64,000 nucleotides of DNA from Magallana gigas (taxonomy: Eukaryota). The notes beneath the pieces were generated by a model that had not been told where the DNA came from, made no database searches, and was given only the letters and a program-made list of their open reading frames with translations. The stretch's first letter is position 1; the number at the start of each line of letters is the position of its first letter. Positions 49,151-61,720 of the stretch are shown here, in pieces. The position numbers were made by a program, and so were the translations under genes. The stretch covers positions 2,418,001 to 2,482,000 of the forward strand of contig NC_088855.1 in the NCBI RefSeq assembly GCF_963853765.1. Direction: 5' to 3'.

Positions 49151-52100
49151 ATGTATTTAGATAGTGTGACTGGTGTTTTGGCTGTGTTTTGTTGTCTTCT
49201 ATGCGGTGTTGTCTTAGGGGACACAGTGCTCGGGGGTGTATTTTTCTTTTACGGGTGGCAAGACAATGTGATCGTGTCCTCTGCGCCAGGAGTTGTCGTT
49301 CTTGGTGGAACTGGTTTCGGGAAAATATCTCCTTTCTGTGCTATCAACTGTATTCAAATAAAGCCATGTCACGCTTACTACATCTGCAGGTATTTGTCAT
49401 AACAATTGTCCTTAGAAAAAAAAAGATATGTGTTTACTATAAATTTTATCTTGATCGGAATATAAGAAGAAATATTTTGGCATATGAATGTTGATCATGT
49501 GTTTCTAGAAAAAAACAGCTGATCAAGCATCGTGAATTATTAGATCAAACTGTATGAAAATACATCATACTAAAATATCCTTGCAGTTTTAAAAATGTTT
49601 ATATTGAACAACATTTAATAATTTTATAATCCTTATTGACTTGAAGTAACAAATATAAAAAGCCCAAGTTTTTGGGGGTGTTTTACTAATGCGCTTTGTG
49701 CAACGCTGTTGGATATCAAAATAGTAAATGGAAAAGGTATATATGTATAAATATTGTTTATTTCGACAGAAAATGTAAGTCTTTATATGGGAGTGTCTCA
49801 ACCTCTTTTAGAATCTATTTTGTTTCTCAAATACAAATCATCATTTGAAATAACCATATCTTGAAACTTAAGGCTTAGATTAAAATTGCGTTTGATTGTA
49901 CACCTTGTTGATTTTACGGTACTTGTTACATTATTCTGTTTAAAAAAAGATATACGTACCGTAATCAATGTAGGTTTTTGATCTTGTTTTTTTGTTTTGT
50001 TGTTTTTTATTTGGTGGTTGTTTTGAAGGGTGTGTGTGATTTTGTTGTTTGTTTTGTTCTGTTAACTAATCTTCAATGTTATTGTTTTAAACCAGCAGCC
50101 TGTCAATTGTCATCTTTCAGAAGAAGAAAAAATTTTGGTTTTTGTTTTTTGATTTTTGTTTTGGCCTATTTGTCAGAACCTAAACTCCGTGTTGTTAACT
50201 ATCATGTCATCATAAAGAAGGAATAAGAAAAATATTACAATTTAAAGAAAAATAAACATTAAAAATCATCCCCACTGATCAATTACTTGTTGGATACTTT
50301 ATATATACACTGTATGTAGCTATCATTTTATGCTTCAAAATAATTTTTAATTTAGATTGGTAAACAATTTGCCTTTCGCAAACATCAATAGACTAGCTAG
50401 ACAAGCATCTCGCCTAAAAAAAAAACCCGGAAATTGGAAGTTGAAGTCTGTCATCCATGTCATTTTACCAGTTCTATCAAAGTTTGGTGAATAGCTTAAA
50501 TTAACTTTTGAATTCTGATTCACCAACTTAGTTCACCTGAAACAAATGGCCGAAATGAGTCTTTCTGATGACCTGAAGTCCATCGCATGGATAGACTAAG
50601 ATTGTTTGTACAACCGTATGTCTGTCCGTTTGGTCGTCTGTTAATATTTCACTTTTTACTTATTTTTACTTATTTGTCTTTATACCAATCAAATTAGGCA
50701 CAACGCGATCATTTGTAAATGGAAATTTAAATCAAAGGACCGAACTCTTTTCAAAGAGGGAATAATTTTTTTTATTGTGAAAAGAAACATCTCAAGAAGT
50801 CCCGGTAACAGAAATGCTGATATTAATTTACATCAGATCGTTTATGTACAGTGTATAATATTTCAAAATTGTTCAAAACATGCATAAGAAACCTCCTATC
50901 AGCAATACTAATATTTTCAACAAAGCGTCTACATTTATGTTCTGTGTTTATTCTACATTGTCCAAAACATGAGACTCGTACCAAAACCGGGAGCAAAAAC
51001 GCTTTAAAATTCATGTAGGAATACCAGTATACAAATAATTATTCAAACTGTGATTGCCGGACAAAAATCCAGGAGGTTTCAAAGCTCAGCATTGGCATTT
51101 AATGGGGAAGTATTTAAAATGTTCTTCTTAAGAATAACTATCATAGAAATGATATATACAACAAGGATTCTTTGTGTATTATAGATTTTGAATTGTTCAA
51201 ACCGTGACCCCGGGCCAATTCTGGGCCCCCAAGAAAGGTTTAAAGTTAAACATATGAATACATGTATATAGAAAAAAATATAGTGTAGTTTCTATGTTGT
51301 TCAAACTTTGATCCTTAAACAAATTCTGGGGTCCAAGGAGATGACACTTCAACATAGAAATCTTGAGAATTCATGATTTTATTTTTATTTTTTTTAAATT
51401 TTACATGCAATAATTATATTTTCCTTTTTATTTCTTTGTCTATTTTAATTTTACCCTTTGTTTGGTTCACATAAAAACAGCGTCTAGATTGTGTTAGTAT
51501 AAATTTATACATATCAGTATTGAAAGACATCAAATCTATCAATCCTACTTTATTTCCTTTATAAAGAGATTTGACAGCATGCAACTTAACTATAAAATAA
51601 ACAAAGCAAGCATGCCGGAGTCATGGCTTTTAAATACGGTACACATGAAAATGAAATTTGTAAATGGGCTGTTGATTTTACCAAAGAACACAAAAAACCT
51701 GTTTAATTCGCTGTTTTGATCATAGTTGAAACTGCTGCATTCATTTTAGAATCATGGGTTTGTTTTTTCTGACTATCTTTTGGTAATGATAACTTTTGGT
51801 AAAGATAACTTTCAAAGCTTTTTCGTTCAGGTTCAACGACCAAGAAATCTGTGTGTTGTCTCTTCTGTATGACCAAAACACCGCTCAAAATGGGTCGCTG
51901 AAATGCAAGGCCTACAAATTTGTAAGTACGGTTCGGTATCTATTGATTCGAAATATTTGTAATGTAAAATGAAAAAAAATAAATGAAAGATAAAAAAAAG
52001 AATATAAGGGTCACGATTTTGGTCAAAAATTTATTTTGTCGATTTTAATGTTAACAATGCTTTAGTAAGGCATTTTTAATAGGCAACCAAAAGAGTGTCA

Positions 52101-54766
52101 TTTGATGAGTTATAAGCGAGTTACAGAGATTACAATATTTTGCTATGTAAACAAAGCGTTTGTTTACATTTCGAATGTTGAAGTGAAAATTTCAGTTCTA
52201 GACCTTAAATAAATGTGTTAATCGTTAGGAACTGTTTATTTATGCTTTAAATGAATAATAAGATAGACAAACCAGCTTTAAAAAGATTTGTTACTGGTAT
52301 ATTGAACCTGTGTAAACAAAAACAGGGCATGAGCCTTGTTTACCTGATGAAGAATTGTGATCCCTGTATTTTGCTTAAAACTCAACGACTGGCACCCAAA
52401 TTTCATTTGATCATTAGAAATGCATTCCTAAAGCATTGCAAATAATAAAAACAGAAAAATAAAATTTGACCAAAATCGTGACCATGCCCCTTTAAGTTCA
52501 ACTTCAAGTTCAGAAAAAAACACCATTCGTTTACCTTGAACTAGTATGAATTGGCTTAGATATATGCATTATACTTTTCTTCTATATTTATGAATCAAAA
52601 CATATCAATAGTTCAACGTTACGTACAGGCAAGTGGCCTTCTACAGATCGTTATAGCACCACCATTGGTGCCAATTTTGGACAACTTTTGTAGAGGCGAC
52701 GACCGACTAAATATTTAGGTTTACATACAAGTAATCATTGCACTTCTTTATCTCTATGTATCTTACAGACAGTCGCATTTCACATGTAACAGTATATATA
52801 TTGAAAGAATAGCTTGAACAATTCCAACATTGATCTTCTTGTTAATTGAACTAAATTCTCTGTAATATAAATCCATGTAACCCTGACTCGGTCAGAGATC
52901 TGAATTTATTTTAAAACTACACGTGTTCGATTAGACCGAGAAAAAAAATGTACAATTGGTTTTTTTAACAAAACTTTCAATTCAAATGGTCAAAAGGGCA
53001 TGACCAATTTCATAACATTTGATTATTTAGCTACGGTTCTGTTTTAAGACCATAGGTAGATTTTGTCCCGAAGAATGAGAATGGTGATATGATTAAATTC
53101 GCTCCGTTGATGGTGTATGACTAAGGTTTCCCCTGTTAAGACCGTACTCTTTCTAAGTCTGCATGGTTATCTACTGTCTGTATTGGTCTGTCTGTTCAGA
53201 GAGGCGACTGTGACAGTGACGCAGTATCCAATAGATACAGCGGCGCATGTGTGAAATGTTCGCCAGACTGCATACACAAGGGTAAAATTAAATCTAAATT
53301 TTAAATGTGCTTATGATTTTACACTAAATCTTAGATTGCTCTCAATTGTCAGACTTAGTATGATAGGACTTTCTCTGTTCTCGATCAGATTGTGATGACG
53401 TAAGAATTACACATGGAAACGTCACGGGACATTACCCTCTGTCACTAGGCGGCAGCACCGTACCTGTAAGGTGTGATATGGACACGGATGATGGCGGATG
53501 GATGGTAAGATAGAACGCGACCTATTTATTAACAATCTCCTTTTGAATTAAATTATGACTATGGTGAAAAGTCTAACACTGAATAATAAAAAAAAATCAC
53601 ATTGATTTTTTAATAAGCAACTTACAAAGCTTAGAACGGTTGCTGATATTATTTGCTATTGTAGTAATATCACATCAAATATCATTTACCATTATAAAGT
53701 AGGTCACTGAAAGACACATACATTCATCCAATTTTATGGATTTATGTATTCTCTGATAGTTTATTCTGTTCAAATGGATTAGGGTTTTGTCACAGATTCC
53801 TTCTCTTTCTTTAGGTGATGCAGCGCAGATTGGATGGCGCCGTTGATTTTTTCAGAGGTTGGAGCGACTATAAGACAGGGTTTGGTAACCCCACGGGAGA
53901 ATACTGGCTAGGTAAGAAAATACGACATTATGTCTCTCTTATAATAATTTATATAATGTTATCGTTACACAAAATCCACACGAATTTCGAAATTTTTGAA
54001 TTCCTTGAATTTGTTAACATACGATAGATAGTTATTCTAAGGCTTTTTAATCCAACAGGGCTGGACAATGTCCATGACATTACGACTGGAGGAGACTATG
54101 TCCTCCGGATTGACATGGAATACTCCTCCCAGCAGTATTATGTTAAATACTCAGACTTCAACATCCAGTCCGAGGGTGACAATTATCGAATGAGCTTCTC
54201 CACCTTTTTGGGGGGTAACACAGGTGAGTTGTCATCATGATACTATAGATTTAGTAAATATTTTAGGATAATGGGGGAGGCCGGGGGGGGGGGGGTGGGT
54301 AAAATTACATATGATGAGTTTGGTGAGGATAGAGTGTTGTACTTATAAGGTACGAGGTATTTATATATACCATGTTTAAGGTCTCAGACTTAACCTTGGG
54401 CCTGACTTTGCCAATAAAAAAACTTGACTTCAATTAGAATAAACTTGACCATACAACGATACCCTGATTCTTGCTGGTATCACATATCATCTCCATGTTT
54501 TTACCTATACAGGCGATAGTTTGTCATGGCACAATGGGAAGGCTTTTACGACCTATGATCGGGACAATGACGAGAACGTCAATAACTACGACAGCCCGAA
54601 CTGCGCCATCGCTTTCTATGGAGCCTGGTGGTATTCAAGCTGCCACAACTCAAACCTGAACGGGAATTACCAGAATACTTCATTTGGCAAAGGCATAAAC
54701 TGGAATTACGTCACCGGCTACTACCAGTCACTGACCAAGGTGGAGATGAAACTGAGGCGGTCGTGA
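49151..54766 (+). CDS. Secreted fibrinogen-related protein (signal peptide, PAN-like domain, Cys linker, FBG domain; ficolin/MFAP4-like lectin)
   Basis: Exons 49151-49389, 51831-51921, 53200-53281, 53389-53504, 53815-53911, 54059-54223 and 54513-54766 splice in frame; FBG motifs [73 protein letters not shown]. Confidence 0.92.
50528..51360 (-). mobile_element. HINE-like element, reverse orientation, with tandem core repeats
   Basis: ttagttcacctga...gagtctttctgat terminus, tctgtccgt tract, repeated attgttcaaac..tga core. Confidence 0.55.
52007..52491. mobile_element. Kolobok-like non-autonomous element
   Basis: ggtcacgattttggtcaaaa ... tttgaccaaaatcgtgaccatgcccct|ttaa; left end degenerate. 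Confidence 0.7.
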
Positions 54767-55214
54767 AATCTACCTTTGATTGACGTGACCAATGTGTAAT
54801 GGATATAACTATCGGGATGATGTGTAGACGTTACACATTTCAAATTTGATATTCTGAAAAGAATATAAATATTTATTTTGTTTTCCATTATTGACCATTC
54901 ACTTGTGATCTTGTTCATCATTTTTTACCCGAAAGTTGAGGAAATGACGGCGTATTGAATAGGTCTACTTAACTTACAGCTTATAATTCATAGTTTCCTT
55001 GTATATAGTAGAACATAGTGAATTATTTCATTGTCATTTTATAAATCAGCACTCGCTTAGTTTTAATATAGATAAAGTAAGTACGAGTATGCATTTAACA
55101 TTATTATTCAAAGACTGGTAAATTAAAGTTTGCATATGTTTTTACCGTTTACATGAAAATTCTTATAAAGAACAATCACAAGATTGATTATCACAGATTT
55201 TAATAAATGAAAAC

Positions 55215-55217
<3 letters not shown>

Positions 55218-55266
<49 letters not shown>
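55218..55266. repeat. (CT)n microsatellite
   Basis: Direct reading; abuts the stop codon of CPTP paralog A. Confidence 0.95.
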
Positions 55267-55270
<4 letters not shown>

Positions 55271-56171
55271 CATTCCTCGGGAAGTGAATTCTAAGTCTAT
55301 AGCGTCAAACACTGGTTTTCCTGCCTCTGTGGCTCTTTGGACCAGAAGCGACGACTGTTCGTAGTCCTGTTTACACATCGTCTCAATCAGAGTCTTTCGC
55401 GAGGGAAGTGTATACATGGCGAATCCCGCCAATTTCTGGACAAGCCACGTGTCGTGTTTCGCCATTGTATTTTTGTATACTTCAGCTGCAATGTCTGACG
55501 TCCGTTCGTCGTCGGAACTTTTGGATAGCCGGGCCATAAACTGGAGGATGAGTTCTAGCGCTCGGTGGAGGCGCAGTAGTGCGCATGCGCCTGGTCTCTG
55601 ACTAGAGCTCGCCTCCTGAAGCATCAGGGCTTTAACTGTACAGTAAGCCTGGTTGTTTTTCTGCATGAGGTCCGTTATAACATTGATTTTTCCTTCCAAA
55701 TCTTTGGCAACAAAATAGAATAGTGTTCCACAAAGTCTGAAAAACCTACAATACAGTCCCTATACAATGAGGATGTTAATTCAATATCATAAAGATTTTC
55801 TTCTATATATATAGTTTATATCATGTAGGAAATAAAAATAAATTAATTCCATTGATTGTTTTCATATTTTAATATTCGTTGTGATCGTTTATGGGAAATT
55901 AATTAAAAAGGAATGGGGAAAGTACCATGCTTTACCGAAGAACACAGACTATGGAAACTTTGCATGCGATCATTTGAACTCATTGAATTTAGCTCCTAGT
56001 TTAATTTTACGTAATATACGCGTTAGGTTGATCTTACCTGGCCAGTTCACTGTAGGCTCGTAAGTAACATTTCAAGTCAACGTCATGATCCTCTTTCAAA
56101 CTTTCCCTAAAATTCACCTCAACCACCTCCAAGTCAAAATCCTTTTTCGTGTCTTCTTCAAACTCAGCCAT
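55265..56171 (-). CDS. Ceramide-1-phosphate transfer protein / GLTP-domain protein, divergent paralog A
   Basis: Exon 56171-56038 ([25 protein letters not shown]...[10 protein letters not shown]) plus exon 55745-55265 ([19 protein letters not shown]...LLRLHRAL...[17 protein letters not shown]). Confidence 0.88.
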
Positions 56172-56772
56172 GACTGTTTGTTGTTTATTGACGGCGTTTA
56201 AATCATTATCATAGCTCCCATCAGGATATGAGTTATAGAGAGGGGACTGGGTTCAAACAACTATGCGGAAGTGTTGAGACAGGCATGTTACATAGAGGGC
56301 ACATGACGAGTATTGTAGAAGACTCGTTATATAACACTTACGTACTTTTCATCTTTATTTCAATATTATAAAACAGTGTCCATTGTTATACTGCAGATTC
56401 CCTCGTATCAAACAACACTTATACATTGTATTCACTTTAAACATAACAATCACTTTACGTAACATACACGTACTTATCATTCTCTCTCGGCACACTGGAA
56501 AATGTAAATTCATATATGTACACGCTAACACACAAAATAGAGACTCACATCACATCAATAAACTTAGCTAGTCAAGAGTGCCAACCCATGGTCAGGTGTT
56601 TCTCTATTCACCCTACATCGTGGATCCCCACCCTTGGCTGGCGAAGATGCATATCAATATTCTAATAAATAGTTTTTCATTTACCCATTCAATCATATTA
56701 AATCATTGCTAAGAATTTATCTTCATACAGGTCAACTTGATTGTACTATTCTTATCCTATTTCCTCCGTCTT

Positions 56773-58851
56773 TTAGGGTAAATCCAATAAACCGTGATTT
56801 GCAAAAATGTTCTGCGTGTCTTCGTATACAGGCTTTCCCGCCTTTACAACAGAGTCCAAGAGTTCTAGCGCGTGCGCGTAATTATGCTTGCACATAGTTT
56901 CAAAGAGTTGTCGTCTGCTTGGCAACATGTACATTGCAAAGCCCGCCATCTTCTGGACGAGCCATGGATGATAATGAGCGAGTGTGTCTTTGTAAGTTTC
57001 AGCGGCAATCGTTGACGATCTATCGTCGTCTGAACTTTCACCCATACGCCTCATGAACTCCAGAATGAACTCGAGTCCTCTGTGGAGACGGAGCAACGAC
57101 CTTGACCCCGAGGGAAGTTTGTGTTTGACCTTTGTGATGTTATTCGCGACCTCGAAGTCGGTCATTGATTGGACGGTGACGTAGTGTCGGCCATTAGGTC
57201 CATCCAGATGGCTCTCCAGCACGTGGATTTTCTCCTCAAGGTCTTTGGCAACAAAAGCGAAAAGCCTACCAGTAAGTCGGAAGAACCTGATTAAAATAAA
57301 AACAAAAGGTGTACATCCAGGAAAATACTAATTCAACGGCCTTTTTTCAATGAGAATAGACATATGTACCGGGGTACACGTGGTTGACGGTAAAAGTATA
57401 GTTTATTCGCCCAAACCAAGCATACAAGTAAAGAGGACCAAATATACAGAATAAACATAGAAACAAATCGCTACAATCAGATACATGTCATGCACATCCA
57501 GGTAAAGGAAAAAAAACAGGAGTAAGATGGAAAACATTCATGTATAATAACTTCAATAATTTGATATAAAGGATCAGGTCAGAAGAACAATAAAGGGGAG
57601 CAGACAGCATCGAAATTTTTTTTAAAGGGGCATGGTTCGTCACGATTTTGGTCGAATTCTGTTTTTCTGTTTTTATTATTTACAATACTTTAGGAATGTA
57701 TTTCTAATGATCAACCAAAATTTGAGAGTCAATCGTGGAGTTACCATCAAGATACAGGGCTCACAATTCTATTTATTTCTTTACGTTTTTAATTTCGTTT
57801 ATTTCCGTTAGTTTTCGTATTATCTGGTTTACTTCAATACTGGTTATTTCATGCACGAGCACTTTCGCGCTCAGTATAAATAGATTTCCCGGGAAGTATT
57901 CGATTAATGCGACGTTCGTTACAAAGCAGTATAGGTTGTCTTTGGTTTTCCCTACCCGCCCTGACCCAAATATGTTATATGAGATTAACTAATATTTTGT
58001 GTTGCCATTTTTTTGTATGTCGAATGGATATTAAATGCGATTTGTAACGAACGCACCAATCCTAAAAAATCTGTTTTTGTTTTTCAACAAGTTAGTCAAG
58101 AAAATATTTATTTTCGGAGTGAAACGAGGGAGAAAATAATTGTTGCGTAAACAAGGCTCTTGTCCTGTTTTTGTTTACATAGCTTTAATACACCATTAAG
58201 AAATCTTTTTCGATTTGATTTGTTTGTTTTCTTATTCATTTAAAGCATAAATAAAAAATTCCTAATGTTTAACACATTTACTTTGGGTCTTAAACTGGAA
58301 TTTTCACTTCAACATTCAAAATGTAACAAAAGCCTTGTTTACATAGCAAAGAATTGTACTTATAGATCTAACTCAACAAACGACACTCAAATTTTGATTG
58401 CCTTTTAAAAATGTCTTACTGAAGCACTGTGAACATAGCATTAAAATCGGGAATATAATTTTTGACTGAAACAGTCACTGTGTTAAATCGTGACCATGTC
58501 CCCTTAGATACATACACATAGTTTTCTCAGAGACTTGGCATTAGGGTTCAGAAAACCTAGACTCGGAAACATTTGGTCTTCTACAATATCTTGTGTCTAA
58601 ATATTCACAGCTATGACGTTACTAACTGGACATTAACAAAAGACTGGTGTAACATCGTATGTTTTTTACTGACTGGTCGTTATACAAGCTGTCAATCACG
58701 TACACTATACTTCTTACCTGTTCAACTCGTGATAGGCCTCCAGGTAATTCCTCAGGATCAGCTGATCGCTGCTCTCTCGGCATTTCACGAACCCTTGGTG
58801 AACAACATCTAAATCAAAATCATGTTTGGCATCGTCAGGAAAATCCGCCAT
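56773..58851 (-). CDS. CPTP: Ceramide-1-phosphate transfer protein (CPTP/GLTPD1-like), paralog B
   Basis: Exon 58851-58718 (MADFPDDAKHDFDLDVV) plus exon 57286-56773; retains AKDLEEK, SGSRSLLRLHR, YHPW, LPSR and the C-terminal LLDLP of CPTP. Confidence 0.88.
57626..58504. mobile_element. Kolobok-like element in the CPTP-B intron; same family as 52007-52491, opposite orientation, with an internal insertion
   Basis: ttaa|aggggcatggt..cacgattttggtc ... aaatcgtgaccatgtcccct; internal segments are reverse complements of 52080-52330. Confidence 0.7.
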
Positions 58852-59256
58852 AACTTACCATAGGGCTCCCGCAATGTGCCGGGCGTGAGGACTCGTGCAC
58901 CTTGTGTTGGTAAACACGGGGCCGCTCACGTGTGTATATGTAATTATACAGGTGCCAGCGAGTGCCCGCCGACTGCTATTTAAATGTACACAACTGGCCT
59001 TGAACAGTAAAACATGGCCAGTCATTAATTGGGAGATTGGCCATGCAATTTGTCTATGTGTAAAATATAGTCTAGAGTCTACAGTACTTTTTTATCATAA
59101 GACTAACTGCAATCTGATCAAGAAGTTATTGAATCCGTTATAATGTAATCTTTTAATAGTGTAAAGTGAATAGTGTACTTCTCTTAGATCAATCTCTCCT
59201 AGGTCGTTGACTTGTTGTTTTTGATTTATTTTTGGGGGGGTTTTTTTGGGGGGGGG

Positions 59257-59402
59257 NNNNNNNNNNNNNNNNNNNNNNNNNNNNNNNNNNNNNNNNNNNN
59301 NNNNNNNNNNNNNNNNNNNNNNNNNNNNNNNNNNNNNNNNNNNNNNNNNNNNNNNNNNNNNNNNNNNNNNNNNNNNNNNNNNNNNNNNNNNNNNNNNNNN
59401 NN
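59257..59402. other. Assembly gap (146 N)
   Basis: Run of n. Confidence 1.
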
Positions 59403-61622
59403 AGCTGTTAAAAACAATGTGTAACCTTCCTTTAAATAGTATATAATCAGCCTGAGGGTAAATACGTCCCTGGTATAATAAAATGTCTTAAATATATTAA
59501 AAAAATCAAAATCATACTAATAATAGTATATATGATTGTTCTAAAACATGTTCAATACATTAATTGAGTTTGCCTACGGGATGAAGCATTATCAAAACGA
59601 GAACGAAGCATTATCAAAGGGAACGTGTGGTGCAACCAGGGACGTATATACGTCCCTGGTGCAACGCACTTTGAAAATTACTAACTCCAAAAAAAAAAAT
59701 TGGAAGGTGCCTCAACTGTTGGACCAAATCAAACGTACACGTACTTTCTAATAATTTAGAAACTACATATTGCCCCTATCCAACCTCAATCCGTGATTCG
59801 TACGCATTTCCTATATTTGCCCCCCCCCCCTTTTACTCTTTATTTGCATCCGCGCCGTCTCTTTATCCTTCGATCACGGTAATTTATTGTAGTAAGGGTT
59901 ACCCTTGCTCGGATCGAGAGATGGGCCCACTGACCAGACCTTATGAAAAATTCAAACTAATACAAAAATTCTACATCGTGAAATTACCAAAAATACCCCC
60001 CCCCCCCTGTTCTAGGGCTCTCTTCAGAAATTTTCTGTTATATGGCTTAAGCGACTTTCACATATATTAACATTGAGAATGAATTTTGAAATTATGAACA
60101 CTTTAAAAGTGCACAACCTCCCTTCACTAAGCAGTGTGCGAAAGTATTACAATGTACACGAAGCAATGCCAAATTGATTTGAATTTGTTTATAAATACTG
60201 AATACATGTACTACGGTACTTTTTGGTCACTTTTTAAATTCAAAACAAGGTTCAGATTACCTCTGACTTTACTTCCCTTTATGTATATCACGTAGTTCAG
60301 ATCATTGCTTAATAAATATTCTAAATAATCTATTTTCACATTGTGAAATTTTCCCTTCCATTTTGTGAGGTGCTTCAAGTCACATGGATGAATTATTTTA
60401 ACCGGAATCTTGTACATGTTCCCCATCTGTATCAGGAAAAGTGACCTGAGGTCATCTGTCAGATTTGAACACCTTCAAACAAGCGCGGATCCACATATTT
60501 TTTTTCCGGGGGGCGGGGGGCAGAGATATTTGATATTGCGGGGGGGGGGGGGGGGGTCCAAGGCATATTTTTTGTAATTTTACTATGTAAATTAAAGAAA
60601 TTTGAGTTTTCCAGAGAGGGGGCCCCACCCCCTCTAGATCCAATTAATTAATACTCACAAGCCCCTTACCTTCACCCAAAGTTGTTCATGTAATGACTGA
60701 ATAATATTGGCCAACTATTATTATTTTTTTAAACTCATGTACCCATCTTAGTTGAAGGCCTATACCTCCAATTCCTTTTTGGGAGTTGATTTTATTCAAC
60801 TCTCCTATGCAGTTACTCTGACAAACCGAAAGTGAAACAGTGTTTGGACCAAAGCACAAATCATCGCCGCTGACAAGAATTAGTTCTTGAGAATAATTGA
60901 TAAATTCGAAAATAATGTATACTAAAGCATTGTTTTTCAAGGAAATATATTTATAAATACCTTGAAAATAGTCAGATTTAAAATAGTACGAACAATTTAG
61001 ATACTTTTTGTAGTTTTATGTATTCTTACGCCAGAGTTCAATATAATCTCGTTCAACTCGACGCTCCGTAAATCTCCGACAAGCAGAAGGTCTCTCTTGC
61101 TTGTCGGGGATTAACGGCGACAGCCGACCGTTTGGTTGAACGAGACGAGAGTTCAATATTGCTTGGATCCTTAAATTCTCCAGAAATATTTCTATCAATG
61201 ATACATAGTTTGATTTTTATTCTATCTTTAAAAGTTTAAATACATGTATTACTTAACATGATTCATGTGGGGTTTTATCAACATTCTTGTGTCGAAAAAG
61301 TCCAAAAATTCATATTATAAAAATGTGCGTTATTCAAATACAGATTAGAAACTACCTGTACTTGTCTTGCAAAATAACATATCATTGATTTTAAAATATA
61401 TAACCATCGATAAAATCAACTCCCGTCAGTTCTTCGGTACTTTGATTCAGACTGGGAGTCAAAGGCCTGCATATGGTACCCATCAATGTCCATGTTTAAG
61501 AGATTAATTCATATAAACTTTTTACAGGTTTTCTCATTTATTTTTTCATTTTTTTATTATATATTTCTTTAAATGAAACAGATTACCTGTACACAAATGC
61601 AAATTAGATAAAATTAAATAAG

Positions 61623-61625
<3 letters not shown>

Positions 61626-61682
<57 letters not shown>
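61626..61682. repeat. (CT)n microsatellite
   Basis: Direct reading; just downstream of the XXYLT1 stop. Confidence 0.95.
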
Positions 61683-61686
<4 letters not shown>

Positions 61687-61720
61687 GGCACAGATGTATC
61701 ACATTTCAATAACTACAGAT

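Noticed and set aside
59212-59446. ORFs containing X runs
   Set aside because: Artefacts of the 146-N assembly gap.
59625-59670. Palindrome tgcaaccagggacgtatatacgtccctggtgca
   Set aside because: Short, partly repeated at about 59465 and next to an assembly gap; probably an internal motif of a decayed DNA transposon whose ends could not be defined.
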